A DNA stretch of 60,127 bases, the filler included, from Platydemus manokwari (lineage: Eukaryota): NCBI GenBank assembly GCA_037951405.1. It is 5 parts of 5 records of this genome, joined end to end, with 100 filler letters (N's around TTAATTAATTAA, not from the genome) between each part and the next. Parts side by side here need not be neighbours in the genome. Positions count along the whole stretch, not along the records: positions 50,732 to 60,127 come from JBBMOY011255096.1; 4 more parts are not named here. One strand, written 5' to 3'. A model generated the notes under the pieces. That model was not told the origin of the DNA and made no database searches. It was given only the letters and a program-made list of their open reading frames with translations. This document shows positions 51,291-60,127 of the stretch, one piece after another; the first letter of the stretch is position 1, and each line of letters begins with the position of its first letter. The position numbers and the translations under genes are program-made.

Positions 51291-51960
51291 TGCCTGTCGA
51301 TTTTTAATTTCTAAATATGGATTAATATTAGAAAAAATCTGATTGGCTGACGGCACATGTGCTTCTCGGATCTGTATGTGTCGACCATTCTTAGAATTAT
51401 TTCCTTGGTTCTTGTAAACCTTTTGGTTGATTTTGTGATCTACAAAACATTATTATTATATTTATATTATATTACACACAACATATCTCTTCTAACTGAT
51501 CATACTAATTTACTGATTAGTTCATCTATAAATTATTGTTAAATTATTCCTAATTATCATCAAATACCGAATTCATCAGACGGAAAAATTATGTTTTCTC
51601 TTAAAAATTCCTTTGTCTCTTGTATATGATGACAAGATTGTCTCAAACAAAGTCTAATTAAAATTTGGAAGTCATTGAGACAATTCCTAATTATGGTGAA
51701 CCTTGGACCTTTTCCAAAGGTTGTCGAAGGTTTGGAATTTTTGAAATTTTGCTGTTTTTTACTTTATCAATTATTTTTATATTTATATAGGGACTCCTCA
51801 ATATCTACTTGCTAAAAACTCATTTGTGCTATGTAGAGAAAATAAAATCATATTCATAATTTGAGATTTTCATTTTATTGTAGTTGAAATTGCCGTGCTA
51901 AATTTTATAAATAATTGTGGATAATCAATTATAATTATAATCAATTCACTTCAATATTAC

Positions 51961-54900
51961 CTGGTGACTGGTCTTGGTCTGTCAAATTGACTCTCTATTG
52001 ATCCCGTGCTTTCTTCAATCCAGTCCTGAAGTTTAACAATTTTAATAATTTAAATTACTTTTCTAATAAAACTCTTTTAGTTGTTTTGTCTTTTCTTTTC
52101 GCATTATCGTTCTCATTCTGATACATTGATGATTTGAAATGCACGATAAATGGTAAGATGAATGGGAAAATTAGTCCAACTACCAAGTAAGTCACGAACT
52201 ATAATTTCAAGATTATTAATAATCGATCAATTATAGCTTAAAACTTCTGTTGGTTTAGTTGTGTCATCCAAAGAATAACGCCAAACGGAGTCTAATAACT
52301 CTTGACATGAACGATGAGCGATAAATTTAATAGAATTTCCACCGGCAGCCAATTCAAGATAAGTATATTCCCCGTAAAACTCTAACTCTCTTGTGAGATT
52401 TTCACGAGTTAAATCTGGATTTTCTCTATAACATTCTTCAACTACACCTTCAGCTTTTTCTTCGAAGTTTCTTATTAAATAATTAAATAAAAATTATTGT
52501 AATAAAGGCAATAATTATTATAAAAATAATAATAGTAATAATAATAATAATTTTAATTATAATTATTAGCCATTACTCAGCCCATTTTAATATATCTTCT
52601 CTTAATGAAACTATATCGGTTAATTCAGTCATACTTCGTAGCACATGTGACGCAAATAACGCTGCAGCTATGGATTCTTTCTCTAAAGCCCAGAGAATTT
52701 GAGCCATCTCCATTCTAAGAGTCAATAAACTCCAGACAAGTAAATCTCTGATTGGTCGTTCAAGTAGAACTTCTAGCAATATATAAACAATGTTTTTAAA
52801 TTGAATGAATAATATTTAGTACTCGAATTTGATCCGATTTCGAATGATTCACTCAAATATAATGGACAATATAATTCGCCTAGTAAATGCTTTAAAACTA
52901 CCCCAATGTCATATAGAGAAACATTTTTATTGCTCTTCTAAATAAAATGTATAAATTATAAATTATAGTCGTTATTAAGTTTCATCAAAGTATTATAAAA
53001 ATGATTTCGAGATATGTATTTTGATGTGATCTCAAGGCAGAGAATCAGAATAGAAAACGGACGTGTGGTTTAATCAACAAACAATATATCAAAAATATTT
53101 AATCAAACAATTTTAACTTTACTTTAAGTCTTCTCAATCGTAAAATATGGTCCAAAATTTGTGCCGATTTACTCTGAAATAAATACAATCAAATTTAAAA
53201 ATTGTCAAACTAAATTGATTTTAGGCTTTAAAAAAACCGCTTTTATATCGAATTTGCATTAAAATATATTAATTATTCTAAAATGTTTTGCCAAAAACCA
53301 CGTTTTGAACATATTTCATAGTATAAGCCTTATGTTCACATGATTATTAGTTTTCAAAAAAGTTTAAAACATATTTAAAATATCCTCACTCCTTGGTAAA
53401 TATCGTAGGTATAAAGATTTTCCAAAAATTCCACACTAATAACTTTACCAATATCGAAACCCTTTTCGATGAATAATTTTACGAATCCGACTTTATTTTC
53501 CGCAATAACTTTGCATACAAGTGGACTGAGGTCTTCATACTGTCAAATTATTTTTATATTAATCATTATTATATAATAAATATAATTTTTTTTGAAATAC
53601 GATGTATTCAATAATATATTTGTTTTATTAAAAAACATAACTTCTGATTTAAATTCCGAGAATGAAGAAATTTTGACAATTAACAACGACGTTGCAATTC
53701 TGTATAAGCTTAGTATAAATGTGATTTTCTAGAAATAATTTACGAATTTCATGATATATATTTTTATTTATCCTCCTTTTTTCTCACTCTTAGGCTAGTT
53801 TTTAATTTTAAGATTTCATTCATTTCAGATATTCTTATGGAAGATTTTTATCAAAATATCTTAACAAATTGAATCAGCTTGATTTAATTGTTGTGGTTCT
53901 TGGATCATCATTATTAATTCCAGTTTATAATGTTTATATGATTTTCTTTTAAAATTTTATTTACATTTTTAAAAATTTTTACAACTGTTACTTTAAAATT
54001 ATAATAAAGAATTAATATAACCTACTTTCCACTTTTTTCCTTCAACAAAAATCCTTTCTTTAGCCACATCGTAACGGTTTATAGATATAGTAATACTTAG
54101 CTGACCAACATTCAACTCTCCAGGTGATGTTAACGATTGTTTATCTATATCATAGACACATATGTACACTTTATTTATGGAATTTATTTTTTATTTTTAA
54201 AATTGAATTAAGGGTCTCTCAAAATATCTTTTCACACTTTAAATAAAAGACAAAGTAGATGCGGGATAAAATTCATTTAATTTTCAAAATTTACAAATAT
54301 CATTTTAATTTTTGCCACCGCATAATCCCAAAATGACTAATGTTCTAGTGTGGGCATTCTGGAGATTGCGAAACAACTGAATAGTAATTTTGCTGTGAAA
54401 ACAATCTCCTTGATATTTGTGAACATTAATTAACTGAAGATGGTATAAATTCTGCGATTGTTGCGAGACTCAAAGCTTAGACTTTGTCGTTTAGGTATCC
54501 AAGTATGAACAATCTAATGGTGTGAGGTATGGTGAATCGAGTGAGTGAATAGAAAGAAACATCTACTTTCAAGAGAACTGATTAGCATAAATATCATCAA
54601 GCAAGAATCCAGATTCCCGGTGATATTGTGGGGTTTTCTTTCTTGCTGAAAATTCAAACCCTCGTCTTAAATCTTCACTAATGCAGAAAGTTCATCTGAA
54701 TGATATCAGTTACAGTCAACAAATAATGGTCAAATAATGATAAGTCATAATACACTGTAATTCCTTAAAAAAATTTAGTGGTAAACCATAACCTGCTGAT
54801 TTTTTATGTCCCCAATATGTTTTCAACTAACTTGTCGCACTTTCATAGACATGAATTGAAATGATTTCTATACTTTTCTCTCAATGACTTGTCTTAGTCC

Positions 54901-57900
54901 AAGATTTCTGAGACGTTCTGATTTATTGTAAATCACATCAGTGGTTCTTTCTAAACTCCCTTTGAAATTTTCTTTGCACTTCAAATGTTTTTTCATATTT
55001 CCAGCAGCATTTTAGCTATAATTTTCTTTCTTCAAAATTTAGTCATTGTTTACACTGGTATAATATACAAAAACAAATAAATATTTGAATTTTCATTTAT
55101 TCAAATAATAAATATTTAATAAATATTTGAATTTTCATTTATTAAATCATGCGTTTAAGAACAGGCGATGACAAACAGTAAAATGAGATTCTAAATCAAA
55201 TTGAAAATCAAATAGATTCTAATATACATCCAATTAACAATTATTTTAAGTGTGTCCAACAAGTACCTTGGATAAGAGACATTTTAGAGTGATGTTGCGG
55301 TTATTCATAAACCATTAGTGAACGTATTTTGGAATAAATGGTTTGATATCTTAATCAATTATGTTGAGTAGAAATGACGAGAAAACTAATCAATTGATGC
55401 ACTACCGATTTAGAATGTCAATTGTTCAATCAGATATTAATAAGATCACAAGTAACAATAATTCTTCTTAATATTACTGTCAAAAACTTAAATACAGAGT
55501 TAAACATGTATATTATAAGATAACAAAGTTCATCAAACCTACCTTGACTTAACAAACAAGATAGAATGTCTTTGTCTAACTCTGTTGGTAAATCTTCTTC
55601 TAAAGAAAATATTTCCAGTAAATGCCGATTTTCGATAATATCTTTAAGCATTTGTATTTCTTCATCTTCGTTTGTAATATCCCAAAATTCACTTATCATC
55701 ATTTTTAATTTCTCTCTTTCTAATACTTCGACGATTGATTTCTTGTTTTTATTTTTATCACTCATGTCGTCCAAGATAAATCCAATTAGACTCGACAGAC
55801 CTCCTGATCCCTAAACAAAGAAAACATTAATTTTTCAATTATATACTTACGTGTGTGTACAAAGTTTTATGAAAATTATAATAATAATAATGTGTTGCAG
55901 GAAGGATATGTCATGTTCTGTAATCAATTGTCAATCAGAAACTTTGATAGAATATTATTTGTAAATGAATAACTGAGAATTGTAAATAAAGAAATAATAA
56001 TTAATTAATAATAATAAAGCTCTGCAAAATACAAACTCAATGTCTAAATAATTTTAATTTGGAATTTTTAATTATCAAAATTAATTGATATGAATAGTAA
56101 TTTATAAGTGTTAATTATAAGTAGTAATTATAAGTAGTAATTTGTGGATAATATTAATAACTCCAAGTTAAAAATAAATTATGTATTAAGCATCGTCAAA
56201 TTGTTTGAATTTCAAGAAAACGAATGAGAATGTTAATTTATCATAGTAGATACAAGCATTATGTGCTAGGGGCAATAAAAGTAGTTACACAATATCTTAT
56301 TATGTCGATAGTTCTAACAATAGTATAAATATACAGGATAGTAGTAAATCGCTGTAACTAACATAATACCAAGAATTTTTGTATAAAGAAATCGATTCTG
56401 GTCTTTTTATTATAGCTTGTCTATTATTATAGCTCAATTGGAAACAAATTAGAAACTCAGTCATATTGTGAGATAGAGCCATGTAAGGGAACTTAGTATC
56501 ATGAGTCATAACAATTTTGTGAACATGGCATGATAATGAATTGCTGAGGTAGATTTAATAGAAGAAAAAAGAGTTTTACTTTCAAGAGAGCAAGCACAAT
56601 AAATGAATAAATAGAACTTTACTTGCAAGAAAAGAAGCGTTTGAAGATGATGATGGAGATTGCTTACATTAGAAAAAGCATATTAATATGAAAAGAAAAG
56701 AAAAAGCTTAGATTAAACAATAAAAAATTCTGGAGTCTTCTATTAGATAATTCACATCAAAAAAATATTGAACCAAGGTTTGTCAAGTCATCTTGGAAAA
56801 TCTTATACTAAGGAAACTTGTTGGATGAAAGAAAAGCCAAGTACAAGAGAGACATAATTTGCTTTTATTCCAAAAATCCAGGATTCCTTACATCTGAAGA
56901 AAATGAAATATCAGAAGCTCTTTTTCAAAATAGCAGAATTACAACTTTAATCGACAAGACAAAATGAGAAAAACCAGAACAAAATAACATATATAAAATG
57001 GATGGAATAAACAAAGTAGGCAACAACAGTAAACAAAGAAATCATTGAAATAGTAGCAGAAGAATGAGATAAAATAAGAAAAATAAATAAAATGTTGAAG
57101 AAATTGATTCAAGAGAGAGTATTCTCATATATAGTAATTTAAATTGGATGAGAGAATGATAAACAAAGTAGCCAATAAGAGTAAACAGAGAAATCATTGT
57201 ACTAGCAGTGGTAGAAGAAGCAAAAATAAGAAAAGTAAATAAAATATGAATGCAGATTGACTCAAGAAAGTGTACTCTCATACCAAGTAAATTATTAATT
57301 ACCATAACAAATCAGTGATAAAGCGTTAAATATCATTGATTTGTGATTACTGATTTATTAAATTCATTTTTATTTTTCAGAACTCTCTCTGCAATACTCT
57401 TCGCTGAAAATAAATAATTTACAAACTAACTTTTAAAACAACAGAGGGTTTCTCATTTTTTATCATGGATCCATGAAGCAATTTCAAATCGTCTTTTCCT
57501 CCGCTCACTAAGATACTACAAAGAGAGACACCATCTATTAGAGATTAAACAATAACGAAAAATCATTGAACTATTATAAACAAATACTTGTTTCATTTTT
57601 GGTTTCCTTAAAAAATTTATCATAATTCGATATGGCTTTTTCAAATTCTAAACGATAATTCAAATAACACGTTTCCTCATTCCCGTCTTCTGGAATGTCG
57701 ACAAAAATGTAATGAGAATGATTTACATCCAATGATAGCTTGGCAATCGATGTGGATGGTGGTGAATAATATTCTATTGGAAAATTTCCCTATTAACCCT
57801 TTTAAGTATTTACGCCTTATAGAGGAAATCACTTGGTAATTTTTTGAACATAAGAAATCCGTTTCCTCATTGAAACTCCATGGTAATATTGCTATAGCAT

Positions 57901-58222
57901 ATAATTTATCTTCACCATAAGCGTCAGTGAAATCTCGGACAGCTTCGCCAATAATTTTTATCAAACTTGTAGCTATACCATTGGTGATGATCCAAACATT
58001 TGTACCTATTTTTTGATCAATATTTCAATAATTTTAAATTATAACCAAACCTTCATTACCGGCTGATTTCAAAATACCTCTTTTTAAGATATCTTTGATA
58101 GCATGTCCCTCAAAATCGCTACCATATATACTGATTACAATTGATGGTTTTTTGATGAACCAATTTTCAACGAAAAGTCTCCCAACTGTTTCATAGGTGG
58201 TATTTTTTGACATTCGAATATA
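51961..58222 (-). CDS. TRPM (melastatin) cation channel, N-terminal MHR1-4/pre-S1 region in about 13 exons; first exon(s) and pore region not located
   Basis: Spliced exons give YIRMSKNT..WFIKKPSIVISIYG, VWIITNG, IAILPW, LDVNHSHYIFVD, YRLEFEKAIS, ILVSGG, VVLK|GSGG, LDKDILSCLL, NRYDVAKERIF, FVKLFIEKG, DIGVVLKHLLG, PIRDLLVWSLL..MAQILW..IAAALFAS, FEEKAEGVVEECY, FIAHRSCQELLDSVW: the canonical TRPM motif order with GT-AG boundaries. Confidence 0.93.
54300..55060 (-). mobile_element. Degenerate Tc1/mariner-superfamily transposase (DUF4817-HTH type) in a TRPM intron
   Basis: NFEERKL*LKCCWKYEKTFEVQRKFQREF at the N-terminus; FQQE, SPYLTPLD and LGYLNDKV match FQQDGAPPH..SPDLTPLDF.LWGYLKDKV. Confidence 0.78.
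57005..57300. repeat. Imperfect tandem duplication, about 150-nt unit, two copies, in a TRPM intron
   Basis: ataaacaaagtag.caa.aa.agtaaaca.agaaatcattg...aaaataagaaaa.taaataaaat...attga.tcaaga.ag.gta.tctcata at ~57008 and ~57160. Confidence 0.8.
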
Positions 58223-60127
58223 CTTATTTAAATATACATATACCCATAATTAGTTATAATATTTTTACATTATCATTTCTATTGTTGTTAATGAAATACT
58301 ATTATCGATGATTAATAAACATTTTATTAAAATTATTTTGATTTTTCCTTGTGTTTAATAAAAACTGAAAAACACTTAATTATCAGTTTATGGTATTGAC
58401 ACATTGACTTTAAATTCAAATCGATTCTAGACCAGGAATTTTAAGATTCATATTTTTGAGTACAACCATATAATGGATAATAATAGACTCACATTAAAAA
58501 CGATTTTCAAATTTATATTATTTTATCCAAAATTAGAAATAGAAATTATCCTATCTAAAAATAGAATAAAAAATGCAGAAATAGGAATAAAATAAATTAT
58601 TTACCAAACATGTAACCATAAAAACAATAGAATAATAATAATAATAACAATTATTATTATTACAAAATCTAATAATGTCATTTATACAAAATAAAGAACT
58701 ACCCAATAACATAAATTAAAGAAACACAACATCAATGGGACTCATAACTAGAACTAATAAACAGATCTTATGATTTAACGTGTCCCTTAAAATTTCGAAT
58801 GTGCAATACTCATGTTCAAAGAACCACAATAATTTATTCGAGATCCACGCGAAGACTATTTTACAAATCTAGACGATACAATTGCGAAGAATAAATTATC
58901 CAGGCTTATCAGGAAATAACTATAAATACTCAACTAATTCAAGAATGAAACAAGAAAATAATTGCTAGAGAAACTTATATCAATAAAAAGTATTGTTACC
59001 TACCATTTAAAAGAAATTGACATACCATAAATATATTGTAAAAAAATATGACATTGTAATCACACAGTCGTTGCACCAGTGAAAATTCTAAAACGATATT
59101 TTGGAAATCTTATTGAATTTTCAAAAGGACCAAATAATCTTTACTTTTATCTGTAATAAATTAACCTTGAAAAATAAACTCATCATTAATTGCAGTATAG
59201 AGAATTTAGATTGAACCCGATAAAACTGAAGTATGATGAATTTAAAACTTATCTATAAACTGAGCGCCATATTTTTGTGATTACAGTACCATTAGATCTA
59301 GTAAACCAGGAATCTTACGGGCACAACCATAAGAGAAATCCCTCACATGATCTATTACTATCATAAAGGAACCAAAACAATAGCGATTTTAATTAATCAA
59401 AGATCTATTTTTACTGCCTTGTTATTTGACTAAATATCTGTCATTTAATTACTGTATTTTATTTCATTTAAAATTTTTAATTTGATTCTATATTTTAGCA
59501 AATTATTACAGAACCTGTAATTATAATTATATCTTATTAATATGATTATTTGTTCTATTATTGGTTGATACATCAACTTTAATATTGTCCATAATTATGC
59601 ATACACCTTTTAGAGTCAGGTTTATCCATTAATATTACTCATAAAAATATAATTTAAAGCTTGAAAAATGATTAAGATAATTGGATCTAACCAAGCATAT
59701 TAATTAACACATAAACTTCATATAATTCTTATTCATCTTGTGTCAAATCTATACTCATAATAAATCCACCAATATTTTTAAAACCAATTTTATGAATTCA
59801 AAACATTGAAACTTTCGTCCAATATAAACAAGCAACGTACTGATATCTATGAAAATAATATTGTGTGTAATTAATTATACATAACGAAACCAATAAATTT
59901 ATTTTTATTATTTTTCTATGCATTGTATCATCAGAAACAATACGTTTGGGATAATATTTCAACAATAGATCTTTTAAAAACATCAATGACAAATATTTAT
60001 GAAAAATTTATGATTTTCGTTTATATCTTAATTAGGATAAGCTTTTAATATTTTTAATTACAATTAAAAGGCATGAAATTAGATTGAAGAATCGAAATCA
60101 TTTTATCAATACTTAAAATTAAGATTG

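Noticed and set aside
55075-55143. Duplicated aataaatatttgaattttcatttatt
   Set aside because: Simple local tandem duplication in AT-rich intron DNA with no sign of function.

Overview
AT-rich eukaryotic genomic scaffold (GC visibly well under a third by eye) with many very short GT-AG introns (37-70 nt) and four 100-nt assembly gaps containing a TTAATTAATTAA linker. The gene content is metazoan; a flatworm or another compact-intron spiralian is plausible but is only an inference. Host genes reconstructed by hand-splicing: LRRC47 (3 coding exons, complete), an intronless and divergent p47/NSFL1C-type UBA-SEP-UBX gene, the first five exons of SLC38A9, a two-exon orphan single-pass membrane protein, the last five exons of NUP214 (including a 13-nt microexon), and about 13 exons of the N-terminal half of a TRPM channel. 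The rest is mostly decayed mobile DNA: Ty3/Gypsy fragments, a full-length pogo/Tigger element with TIRs and TA target-site duplication, Tc1/mariner relics, an RLE-type (NeSL/Utopia/R2-like) non-LTR 3' fragment and other weak LINE-like relics. No CRISPR array, rRNA or tRNA was seen, and I found no clear evidence of a new multi-gene system. The best leads are the divergent p47 retrocopy, the orphan membrane protein, the RLE element, splice acceptors sitting right before start codons, and possible env-like relics. All family calls come from motif recall, not database searches.
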